Shown piece by piece: positions 34,291-45,041 of a DNA stretch of 45,041 nt. This DNA is from Octopus bimaculoides (Eukaryota). The notes below the pieces were generated by a model. It had not been told where the DNA came from. It ran no database searches and saw nothing but the letters and a program-made list of their open reading frames with translations. The translations under genes were made by a program, and so were the position numbers. Where the stretch lies: assembly GCF_001194135.2 (NCBI RefSeq), contig NC_068998.1, forward strand, positions 54,442,164-54,487,204, written 5' to 3'. Positions within the stretch are counted from its first letter, which is position 1, and every line of letters starts with the position of its first letter.

Positions 34291-35202
34291 TATATAATTC
34301 CTTTTAATAGATGTAAACAATAACATGATGCTATGAATGGACCCATACAAGAATTGTCAGGAAACCAATGCAAAGAAGAAAACGAAACAATCTTTGGGAA
34401 ATACGAAATCATTGTCTGAGCAAGGAACCATTTGCAGAAGAGAAAGAAACTATTTATCAAGAATTATAAGCATCTCTGACACGAAGAGATGGAGAACGAA
34501 TGAAAGAAATGGTCAAAACACAAGTGAATGGTGAAAAAAATTGAAAAATATGGAAATTAAGGAATTAATTAAACTTCTCTTCAAAAATACCGTCTTCACT
34601 TTTCCTCGAATGAGAAAAATCAAATATGTCCAACAATAAATCAGGTTGCCAAATATTTCAACCAATTTTCTTTGTTTATTTTCAGCAGATGATTTTGTCT
34701 GATCATGTCATTTTGAGCAGCAAAGCACAAACGCAGCAATATAAGGAATGAGGGGCAAGGGTGGAGGGGAAGAAGGGTCGACAGTTTCCACTGATTCTTT
34801 TCAATGGAAATATTGATTTTGAACAGACAAGACACAGGGCCAACTTCAGTAAAAGAAAGGTGTGTGTGTGTGTGTGTGTGCATACACACACACATGTATG
34901 CACAGTGTGATTTAGAAGTACCTGTAGCCTTAAAATGATACATAAAAAATATTTTTATTTTCTTTCATATATTTTTAACAATTAGCTATTTTACTGTAAA
35001 TCTTTTGAGATATACATGTATATATCATATGGTAATTTTATATCTATTTATCTTGCTTTCTACACCTATCTATCTATCTATCTATCTAGATATTAAAAAT
35101 ATACAAGGTAGGAAAATTTTAGAAATTTTGCTACCATTGGCCTAGCATGTATAAAATAGTCAATAGGCAATATATTTTTCATATAAAAATTTGGCGTACA
35201 CG

Positions 35203-35264
35203 CTGATGAGAACTTCACCTAGCAAATTATTTTATTTGCTAATTAAAAGTTTGAAACCCAGGTC
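35203..35264 (+). ncRNA. Hammerhead-ribozyme-like motif with extended stem II
   Basis: CTGATGA (35203-35209); stem II GAACTT/AAGTTT enclosing an 8-bp hairpin TAGCAAAT/ATTTGCTA; GAAA (35253-35256); 3-bp stem III ACC/GGT; GUC triplet (35262-35264). Proximal stem I is essentially absent. Confidence 0.4.
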
Positions 35265-35869
35265 CAGAGAAAAATATGGTAAATGTTTTTATTTTTCATT
35301 CCTTTTGAAATTGCTCTTAACCATGATTTGGACTTTGACTGTTCCTTCTAGCATGTATCACGTCCTGTTTTGTGTTTAAATGTACACTAATTTTTATCTA
35401 TCTATCTATCATAGATAGATAGATAGACAAACAGACAGATTGATAGTGACAGACAAATAGAATATTGTTTTAATAAAATATTGTTAAAAGACAAGGAATA
35501 TTCATTGTCCTCAGAATGATTCAAATTAATGATAATCCAACTGAGGTGTGGAGGCACACCTAGTTTAACTGTCCAGGTTAATCCTAACAGCAGGCTGGGT
35601 GGATGACAGGACAACAGAGCAGCTACCCTGATTAGTGTAGTGGTGGGGTGGATGCATTGTATGCAGTGATGAGGCGATGGGAGGGGTGGTGAGAGAGAAG
35701 ACATTAAGATAATTAACTAACCTCAGGTGACATTCATTGTTAACTGGTTTGTGATAGAGGCTAGAGGGACTTCTGAGCCATTAGAGAGTCTTTGTGCTGG
35801 ACAGTAGACTCTCCATGGTTACAACATCAGACATTGGAAACAGACAAAAGGTAAAGCATTGTAAAAGTC

Positions 35870-36030
35870 ACTGTTGTTTAGCCCCAGGCTGGCCTTGGGT
35901 GAGAAGACCTATGATCACACACACATTGAAGCAATGACCAATTCTGCTGTTTTGTTTATCTAAAAGTACATTATTCAACGAGTCTTTGCTTTACAAAAGA
36001 TGGTAGGTTTACAGTTTCAAGTAGAAATGG
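35870..36030 (-). mobile_element. Family F copy
   Basis: TGTTGTTTAGCCCCAGGCTGGCCTTG...AGACCTATGATCA. Confidence 0.5.
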
Positions 36031-36214
36031 AAATACTTGGTGTCCTATAAATAGGACTCTGAGACAATGTGATGTAGCTTATTTAATGTTCTCATTTAGT
36101 GTCCTATTTATAGGACAGTGGGACTTAATGGGTTAAGTACAATAGTGTATGCGTGTATAAATACATAAGAGTGTGTGCACTGTGCGTGTATACACACACA
36201 CACATATGTGTACA

Positions 36215-36216
<2 letters not shown>

Positions 36217-36302
<86 letters not shown>
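36217..36302. repeat. (TA)n microsatellite
   Basis: Direct inspection. Confidence 0.95.
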
Positions 36303-36306
<4 letters not shown>

Positions 36307-37087
36307 CATATAGATAGATAGATACAAACACATATATTTGAGAAACAAGCTGACAAAGAGCTCCTCCAGGGGTAGCAGTATGATAGTTAAGTTTTCTTGT
36401 TGAAGGATATAGCTGATCACTGCAATATATACTGTTTCTAATAGTAACAAAGTCAGTAGTTGTTTGCCCCATGGGACTAAAGCGGTACCTTTAAGAATAT
36501 TCAAGGTCATACTGGGAACGTACTTTAGCAGAACCAGGAGCTTCCAGAGGATATTAAAGTCCATGGAGTTGCATGTGTCGGCATTAGTAGACGCTGAGTG
36601 AACCTTTCCTTGAAGTCATTGGCTCAGGATATAATTCATGAAATAGACAGGGCGAGAGGAGACATGTGGGACAGAAAGTCGCTGAAGAGGTCACAGAATG
36701 TGTGAAGAAAATAATAGTAACAAAGTGAAGATCAAATAAATAGCGCTAGTGTTTAATTCGAAAAATGTGACCATCCCCAAATATAACAAGGTGTCTGTGT
36801 GCGTATTCACATAAACAAATTTGATTACATACATACAAAAAGATACTAAACAAGTATGCCCGCAAATTATGCGCACACGAATAGAATTACAATAGAATCC
36901 TCAATTTGTTTTCGTTCAGAAAACTCGTTTATTTGCAGAAAGTTCTGAAACACTTCCTGTAACGTTGAAACGATCTGTGGACAGACAGCTGTTCAGGTTT
37001 CAGTTGGTATCTTGAGCTCTGGAGGGATTGTCACAGGCTGCTAATTTTCGTATGGGTTATATTCGATTAAACTGATCTGTTACTAAC

Positions 37088-37252
37088 CTCAGCTAATATA
37101 TTTTAGGCGAAATGACAAAACATAAAACTAGAACAATTTCAAGATTCCAGCAGCAGCACCACCACCACCACCACCACTAACAAAGAACAACAATTCTAAA
37201 AGTCAACAGAAGCTGTCAAAGTAGACACATTTGAACGAAGCCTCTCTTCAAC
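37088..37252 (-). other. Candidate non-coding (5'UTR) exon
   Basis: Acceptor ctctctatcgattttag|G at 37253/37252 and donor GCTGAG|GTTAGT at 37088/37087. The first frame closes after 18 codons. Splice signals only. Confidence 0.25.
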
Positions 37253-37832
37253 CTAAAATCGATAGAGAGTATTTAACCTTATAGAAATACACATTTGGGA
37301 ATAGTGGTGAGTTATACAGAACAACACGACACATATACAGAGAGATAGACAAACCAAGGCAGATTTTTCAGGAGACAGAGAGAGAGACAGAGAGAACAAG
37401 AAATGAAGACGAGAATATAAAGATTGAATTGGGCAAACGAAAAGAAAAACATTTAAATGGAAAAAGGAAAAATAATTCAAAGATATCGCGCCATAATTAT
37501 CATAACAATGCCAAAACTAAGTGCCATGATGTTGAATATATTGATTGGGGAGGGGNNNNNNNNNNGGGGGGGGGGAATATAGATAACACACACACCGCTC
37601 GCACGCGCGCACACAGGATTCCAAGAGGAAAAAAAATATCAGAAGTTTTTTGTTCAGTTTTCTTTATTTTTTGTTATCGTTATCATTATTGTTGTTGTTG
37701 TCATCATCATCATTATTATTATGATTATTATTATTATTATTATTATTCGCGTTATTGTTATTTGAAAAGCCAGACAATCCAGTCTGACACGCAGGGAAGA
37801 AAGATATGGTTCTCTTAACCGACAGCAGGATA

Positions 37833-37834
<2 letters not shown>

Positions 37835-37872
<38 letters not shown>

Positions 37873-38235
37873 GAATGAGATGGAAATAGTAAATAGGAGT
37901 GAGGAGAGAAAAGAGAGATTCGAAAAGAAAATATATGGTAGACAGGGAGAGAAAGACCGAAAAAAGAAGGAAAATTTGATAAAGAGAAAAAGAGACGAAC
38001 AGAAATGAGAGAGAGAGAGAAAGAGAAAGTAAATGAGAGAGAGAGGGAGGGAGAGAAAAGAGAGTAAGACGAACAAAAAGGGATGTAAAACAGTTGACGA
38101 GGAAGATAGGGAATGAGTGAAGTAGGAGGAGAGAGGAGAGATATGACAGGGTTGAGGGGAGAAAGAGAGAAACAGAGAGTAAAATGAGAGAGAGAGAGAA
38201 GGGGAGGAGAGAAAGAGAGATACTATAATGGAGAG
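37835..38235. repeat. (GA)n-derived purine-rich tract
   Basis: Direct inspection; makes up most of ORF 37654-38499. Confidence 0.9.
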
Positions 38236-38493
38236 TGTGTGAGGGGAAAACACACCGGGAGAATTGATTTTGACGTCATTTTTCACTGCATCGAATTTAT
38301 TGTAGTTGTGGTGGTGGGGGGGGAAACTATGAGGAAGCTGCACGTTTGGAGGATGAAGAAGAAGACGAAGACGGAGAAGAAAGAAGAATTTACAGTAAAT
38401 GAGGCTGCAACGTTCTGGCATTGACTGAAGAAAAACAAATACAGACAGTTGTGTTATTAGCCACCATGTGGCGATATTCAGTGCCACATATAC

Positions 38494-38541
<48 letters not shown>

Positions 38542-40809
38542 CACACACATACATATACGTATGTGTGTCGTTTACGGGCATAAATATATATTTTACACGA
38601 AATAAAATGAAATACGAGCGTATTTAGTCTTTATAGTTCCTGTTTAATTGGTACAAGGATTTCAAAATTTATAGGAATGTAAGAAATACAGAAAAGAAAA
38701 TCAATACATTAATTTATTCTTACATATGTGTGCGCGCGAGAGAGAGAGAGAGAATGCGCGCGCGTGTGTATACAGACACAAAGTGCACGAACGAATGCGT
38801 GAATAATAATACACATGTACACATATATATACATGAAGAGAGCATGTGTATGTACGCATGTATCTGTGTATGTAGTCATGTATACACAGACATATGCGCA
38901 CAAGTATATATATATATATATATATAAATGTGAATGTATTGGTATGTATGTTTGTATGTATAAACACGCACACATGATATACACACACAAGTGCATCCAT
39001 CTATCAGTCCATACATACATCCATCCATCCACACGACAAAATAATGCATTAAATGAGACAGTTAAAACCTAATCCCTGTTTCATCACCCAATCTTGTATT
39101 GGTTGTAATGACGGCGAACAAGTATCGGCTTTATCTATCTATCTATATATANNNNNNNNNNNNNNNNNNNNNNNNNNNNNNNNNNNNNNNNNNNNNNNNN
39201 NNNNNNTATATATATATATATATATATATGTTATAGCCAGATAATCTAATCTAAATACAGGCAGTGCTTCTAATGATGTAAATCTAAGCTGATCCCTTAA
39301 TCAGGTCTGGATAAGCTGGGTTAACATGAAGAATAGGAAGAAAACAGGTGACAGAGGAAAGGAAAGAGTAAATAAACAGTGGAGCAAAGAGGAGTAGTAA
39401 GTATATTAGCTATGAAGATTGCACGTCGATCGATTATTGGGCTCCTTGCAGTTGGTTAATCTCAACAGATAGGGAATAATAAGGTTGCCATCACGGCATG
39501 CTTCGTTCACAACTATCGAAAACATTAGCTATTACAATGTCTGTGTGTGCGCGTATGTGTGTGAGTGTGAGTGTACACATTGCTTGTAGTTAAATTTACA
39601 CACACACACACATATATTTACAGGTACAGATTGGAAAATGTGTCCATTTGACTCGGAAAATGCATCAACACAGCAACACAATTGCATCAACAAATAATGC
39701 ATGGGGAGAAGATGCGATAGAATGAATATACGGTGTGTGTGTGTGTGTTCAAAGACCTACTTTCATTATTAGACGGGAAAAAAAGACACATTGTCATATG
39801 TTTATGACAATGTGTATGGATACACACAAACACATATTTTGCGCGTGTGTGTATATATATATTTACACACACACTGACAGTTCCAATTTATTAGAAATGC
39901 GAAACATCAGATGATCACACTTGGGTATATATTTCAAATTATAAACAAATAAAAAAAAAATCACACCTCAAGCATACATTAATGTTTTGTAAATAGAACA
40001 CCAATGTATGCGTGTGTGTATATAATATACATATATATACACACAAACACACACAGTTAAGTGCACATAACTGCCTTATCTTTTTTTTTAAGTTTTACGT
40101 ACTGTTTTTAAAAAAAACAACCCTTTCCATTCTTTTAATTATAAATATTTGTCATGCAATTAGCGAACCAGCAGCGACCACAGGAATTCTAAGACAATGT
40201 AAACATTTATTTTTAAATCAAATAAAATATCCAAAGAAACTGAAACTGTGTCTTAGAAATTCTCAGTAAATTACGTTTCCAAAAGAAGCAGCAAAGTCTC
40301 ACAGAATGGTTTATAAATATAAATATTTTCCTGTTTCATTCTATCACATAGTTTTCGTTTAAACCAGAGACTCATGTTGGAATTGCCAAAATTACTAAGG
40401 AATTTAAAGATTTAGTTTACAACATTAACAAAACACACACAGATCATAGATATAGGATGCTTCTTCCTTCTCTGGGAAGAAAAATAAACCAAAATAAAGA
40501 ATGACTTATAAAAAGGCTAAACATTAATGAAGGACAGAGAGGATAATGTATATGTGGAAATGTGGGGATTCTAAAATCTATTTTAGATTCGCAGGTGATG
40601 ATGCTATTATTGTTATTAACAATTAAAAGAAAATAGAATTCGTTTGCTGTCTGTGAAATACACATGGAATCCAATATGACCAGTGGCGACTGATGAAGGC
40701 TTCATTGAACAACCGACCAATACATCATTGTTTAAATATAAATAAACGAGGATCCAAGGAATGAATGCTAGAAAAGCTAAAAGACAAGAGGCAGCATTCA
40801 TGGTGATGT

Positions 40810-40910
40810 CGACTCGATCGATTCCCTCTATTTGACTGCTATTTATTCTATCGACTCCGGCAGGATTTGAACGCAGAACATTAAAGGACGTGACTTAAAT
40901 ACCGCAAGGT
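40810..40910 (-). mobile_element. SINE family B variant, degenerate
   Basis: TTTTATTCTATCGACTCCGGCAGGATTTGAACGCAGAAC resembles the reverse of the family B core (GTTCTGAGTTCAAATTCTGCC...GTCGATAAAATAA). Confidence 0.45.
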
Positions 40911-41124
40911 ATTTAACCGACATTCCACTGTTTCTGCCAAATCCTGCCGCCCTGGGAAAATGTGCAAACATACATAAAATAAGGGTAGGAAAAGATGAAC
41001 AAGAACGACAAGGAAATAAAGGAATAGTGTACAAGTCCGTCATGACACGGTTGGCTATAATAAAATGGCTGTGGAAAGGTAATTTTAAAAGACAGGTAAG
41101 GTAAATATAAACAATTGAAAATAC

Positions 41125-42401
41125 CTGATAGATGACTCAATATTCTCCTCGATTTTTGAAAGACGTTCCTTACCACCAGCTGTCTCCCCACAACTTGCAG
41201 AGATCCGCTGATGATGTCCCTCTTCGGTAGTGGTGGTGGCTGTTGTCTCACCTGAGCTAGTAGGACCCCTGGAATCAACCGATCCGCGACATTTACGAGA
41301 AGGGTCACTTCTGGGAGATAGGGGCAGGGCTGAATGTTGGCTGCTGCCAGTACTGTTAGCACTGGAGTTATTGTCATAGGTGGACGGGGATCGGGCTGTC
41401 CGGTGAGATAACGATGTCGACGACGACGACGAAGAAGATGAAGACGACGACGACGAAGAGGACGACGACGACGACGATAAGGAAGAAGAGACTGTGGTGT
41501 GCGATGACGATGATGAAGAACAAACAGAAATGGAACCAGAAGATAATAACGGTAGTGATGGTGGAGACAATGTGCAAGTGGATGAGGAAGGTAAGAGCAA
41601 GTTGGCCGATTTCTTCACCAACTTACTGTTGTTGTCGCTTTTTTTTCCGGACGAATTCAATGAATTCAATGAAGACAAAGTCGACGAACGAACGGGCGAC
41701 AATAACAACCGAGGAGACAACAAAGCTGTCGTCGCCGTCGTCGGAGCTGTTGGGCTCGGGATCGCACCCGACGTTTGCTGCTGTTGTTGTTCTTGCTGCT
41801 GTTGTTGTTGTTGTTGTAATAATAACAATAAGCGATGTCCAGAGGAATAAGGAACAATAGTAGCAGGTTCTACTTGATGCAAAGTCGTAGAAGAGTTGGA
41901 GGCGATACAAGAGGTCGGGATAACCGTACTGTTGTTGTTGTTGTTGATGGTTGTGGTGGCAGTGTTGGTGAAAGGAGGGAAGTTTCCAGTGTTGGTGGTG
42001 GCAGCCAGGGAGGCGGTGATGGTGGCATGGGTAACATCGATAGCAGTAGATAGAGGAGGAACAGCGCCAAAGGAAGAAGAAGAAGAAGATACGGCGGCAG
42101 TCGATGGGATGATAGCAGTTGTTGAACTGATGATCGTATCGCTAAGGGAACTCGAACAGGGCTTTGTTTGCTGTGGAATACTAGTAAGACTGGCAGCAGT
42201 AACATTGGTGATGCTGTTGGCTTGGTATTGTTGTTGATGATGATGATGGAGACCCAGAACAGAACCGCTTCCTGCAGAGGCCGTAGTCGTCGTTTCGACA
42301 GTGCACAATGAAGTGGCATTGTCGTGCTGTGGGTGCGACCAGTTGTCGCCAGATGCCTCAAACACTACTACATTGCCAATGTGGGAGAGTGTCTGGGTCA
42401 T
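41125..42401 (-). CDS. First coding exon of an unidentified gene; 425-codon intrinsically disordered, Ser/Thr/Gln/Asn/His-rich N-terminus
   Basis: The 438-aa ORF is by far the longest gap-free ORF in the window. An in-frame TGA lies 9 nt upstream of the ATG (42401-42399). The ORF is cut by a donor TCTATCAG|GTATTT at 41125/41124 (phase 2), after ...KERLSKIEENIESSIR. Homopolymer tracts use mixed synonymous codons (Ser: TCG/TCC/TCT/TCA). No conserved domain recognised. Confidence 0.75.
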
Positions 42402-42630
42402 AGTAAATCACCGAACTACGACGACGACGGAGACACACAGCAAGCCAAAGCAACACGCATGGCGATGACATCTCAAATTCTCACTCCCACCGACAGAGGT
42501 GTCACGTGATCGCTACGTTACCTCTGCTGCGAAACGTGATTCTCAGCTCTGAGATTACAGACCATAATAGTTAAAGAGGGAGGAGGGAAGCTGCGGAGGG
42601 GGAGGAGGAGGATCATTATAAGAGTGGGGG
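42402..42630 (-). promoter_or_regulatory. Candidate promoter/5'UTR of the minus-strand gene with E-box GTCACGTGAT
   Basis: CpG-containing, non-repetitive stretch directly upstream of the ATG. Palindromic TCACGTGA at 42502-42509, a second ACGTGA at ~42535-42540, and a purine/pyrimidine-skewed GA-rich tract at 42576-42630. TSS not determinable from sequence. Confidence 0.45.
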
Positions 42631-42639
42631 ATTTCAACA

Positions 42640-42931
<292 letters not shown>

Positions 42932-43379
42932 NNNNNNNNNNNNNNNNNNNNNNNNNNNNNNNNNNNNNNNNNNNNNNNNNNNNNNNNNNNNNNNNNNNNN
43001 NNNNNNNNNNNNNNNNNNNNNNNNNNNNNNNNNNNNNNNAGCCAAAAGGTGAACTTCAACGTGACACAATTTCAGCCAGAGTACAAACTAAAAACTTATT
43101 GGTATTCATTTGAAAATAGAATTTTTTAAAAACTAATTTGATTGATTTATTTATTTTGTAAACAGCTGTAATCCAAAACAAACAAGATGAAGATGTCCTA
43201 ATTAAAGCCTGACTGGTTTTTGGTGCAAAACTTTTACTCTTCATTTAAAATAAGTTACAAAATTTGAAATCACAAAAATATTATTTTACTGTTGTAAAAT
43301 TTTAGGAGAAATTAGAACCATTAAATGGGGAAAAAAAAGATCTGATAAGTTCTGTAGGATTTCATTGCTTTTTATCATA

Positions 43380-44052
43380 TACTTGTTTCAATTGTTGGAC
43401 TGTGGCCATGTTGGAGCAATACCCTAAAGGGTTTTAGGTGAACAAACTGACCTTAGAGTTTTATTTTTCATAAGTTTGAAACTTATTCTACTGGTCTTTT
43501 TTGCTAAACCACTAAGTTACAAGGACATAAACAAACCATCATCAGTCGTCAAAAGGTGGGCAGACAAACACATGCACAAAGACACACACACTCACATACA
43601 TACACATATGGTGAGCTTCTGTACAGTTTCCGTCTACCAAATCCACTCACAAGGCATTGGTTGGTTTGGGATTATAGTAGAAGACATTTGTCCAAGGTGC
43701 TGCACAGTGGGACTGAACCTTGAAGAATTTTTAGTGAAATGAATCGACCCCAGTATTTATTAAAAAATTTTTTTTTTAGATCAGTACTTATTTTATCGGT
43801 TTCGTTTGCTGAATCATTAAGTCATGGTGATAGTAACACACCAACATTGGTTGTCAAGCAGTGGTGGGGGACAAACACAGACACACACACACACACACAC
43901 ACATACAATGGGCTTCTTTCAGTTACCATCTGCCAAATCCATTCACAAGGCTTTGTTTGGTCCAAGGCCACTCTAGAAGACACTTACCCAAGGTGCCACA
44001 CAGCGGGACTGAATCCAGAACCATGTGGTTGGGAAGCAACCACAACTGTGCC
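43380..44052 (-). mobile_element. Head-to-tail dimer of SINE family A
   Basis: Two consecutive copies (~43380-43723 and ~43725-44052), each with ACTTATT.TA, (CA)n, AGTTTCC.TCT.CCAAATCCA and CCAAGGTGC modules. Confidence 0.8.
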
Positions 44053-44097
44053 TATTTTGACAAAAAAAATATTTTTAGTGCCTTTAAGCTTATGGGA

Positions 44098-44181
44098 GAC
44101 CCAATTTCACACATAAGACTCAAGGTGATTTTTGGAGACTTTTTTGAAAACAATGTGTCTTATATGCCATCAAATACTGTA
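44098..44181. mobile_element. Short pogo/Tigger-like MITE remnant
   Basis: Right end GTGTCTTATATGCCATCAAATACTG|TA and left end ACCCAATTTCACACATAAGAC resemble TA|C.GTATTT...TATAAGAC termini. Confidence 0.35.
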
Positions 44182-44238
44182 TTTTCTGGCACTGAAGAGA
44201 TAAGCCAGTCATTGAGATGTTGTATTTACTATGTTTAA

Positions 44239-44337
44239 GGCGGTGAGCTGGCAGAATCGTTTGCATGCTGGGCAAAATGCTTAGTGGTATTTCGTCTGCT
44301 ACTACGTTCTGAGTTCTAATTCTGCCAAGGTCGACTT
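44239..44337 (+). mobile_element. SINE family B, head retained
   Basis: GGCGGTGAGCTGGCAGAATCGTT...GTTCTGAGTTCTAATTCTGCCAAGGTCGACTT. Confidence 0.75.
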
Positions 44338-44339
44338 GT

Positions 44340-44670
44340 GGGAGGGAATGACTTGACAGACTTGAAGTGGTGAGATGTGGAGTGATTTGATTAAGAGAAC
44401 AATTGCATTCATCCGAGTAGCTGTTGCTGATGGTCTAGGGTGAAGCCTTGCCAAGGATAGTTAGCATAGAACTAAAGGAATTCTGTACTTTGAGCTTACA
44501 AAGTGCTAAAGGATTCGGGAAGAATGTCTACATGTGGTGGGTAGACATTAAATAACTTGTGAGGTGTGGGAACAATTCTGGTCAGGCAGAGGTTGGGTTT
44601 GGTGGGTGAGTAAGGGATCATAAGTATTTAAAGGGTTTGTGTGTCAGTCAAGGAAGTAAATAAGGGACAG
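44340..44670 (-). mobile_element. Highly decayed LINE ORF2 3' remnant
   Basis: The minus strand has the C/A-rich composition of LINE sense strands. Fragments can be stitched to GKAS...NA....IKSL...TXFK...KSF, reminiscent of RT C-terminal tails. Weak. Confidence 0.3.
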
Positions 44671-45041
44671 AGATATATATAATGTTGGAATGAAAGTTCT
44701 GCCACATTTCAGGATGGGAAACAAAACAAATGCTTCTTTGGTCGTAATTGGTATATTTAATCAAGGTAATATTTCCTCTAATTATTGATAACATAATCCT
44801 AATATATCTGGGAAATTATTGATCCCTCAGGCATAAAATTCTTCAGATTTCAAAGCAAAGAACCATTCAGCAAGATTTTTAACCTCTTCACAATTAATAA
44901 ATATCTTCTCCTCTAAATAATGTTGCAATGATCTAAAAAGATGATGGTCAGACAGAGAAAGGTCAGAAGAATAAGGAGCATGGCACAAAACTTCCATATT
45001 TAGGGGCCATAGATCTTTTCCTAAGTGACCTGGGCAATATG

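Noticed and set aside
36125-36564. Minus-strand ORFs MGQTTTDF... and MDFNILWK...
   Set aside because: They run into a (TA)n array with no good donor and no recognisable homology.
37654-38499. 281-aa minus-strand ORF
   Set aside because: Mostly the (TC)n/pyrimidine tract. The short unique part near 38250-38415 has a possible acceptor but no convincing frame or donor.
3479-39244. YIYIYI/CVCVCV/HTHTHT/ERERER/LSLSLS ORFs
   Set aside because: Translations of dinucleotide microsatellites.
41414-42361. Overlapping alternative ORFs on both strands of exon 1, including a plus-strand poly-Cys/poly-Asp ORF (41494-41850)
   Set aside because: These are shadows of the CAA/CAG/TCG triplet tracts of the 438-aa ORF; none has independent support.
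41125-42401. Assigning a gene symbol to the main exon
   Set aside because: No conserved domain in the window; any name would be a guess.

Overview
Eukaryotic, AT-rich, microsatellite-dense scaffold sequence with ten N-gaps (592-601, 1018-1757, 12927-13378, 21419-21551, 24562-25287, 28142-28299, 31554-31976, 37556-37565, 39152-39206, 42932-43039). Composition and the short interspersed repeat families look like an octopod cephalopod short-read assembly (inference, not verified). The only well-supported coding sequence is a 1.28 kb, low-complexity first coding exon on the minus strand (42401-41125, 425 codons, Ser/Thr/Gln/Asn/His tracts). It has no recognisable domain, so no gene symbol is given. 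Most of the remaining ~41 kb behaves like intron or intergenic DNA. It is filled with several SINE-like families (my working labels A-F), TTAA-flanked piggyBac-type MITEs, a hAT MITE with a perfect 8-bp TSD, a clear Helitron PIF1-helicase remnant and LINE remnants. Weaker signals include a second start-codon exon (29185-29069) that would give a short alternative N-terminus, and candidate exons at the left end. Nearly all ORFs in the supplied track are microsatellite, SINE or N-gap artefacts. The best second-look items are two hammerhead-ribozyme-like motifs (15167-15208 minus, 35203-35264 plus), the long-IDR versus short N-terminus isoform model, overlapping uORFs at the main start, and an alternating-orientation retroposon cluster that could form dsRNA. 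I found no intact novel multi-gene system. Repeat boundaries are approximate (about +/-20 nt) unless TSDs are quoted.
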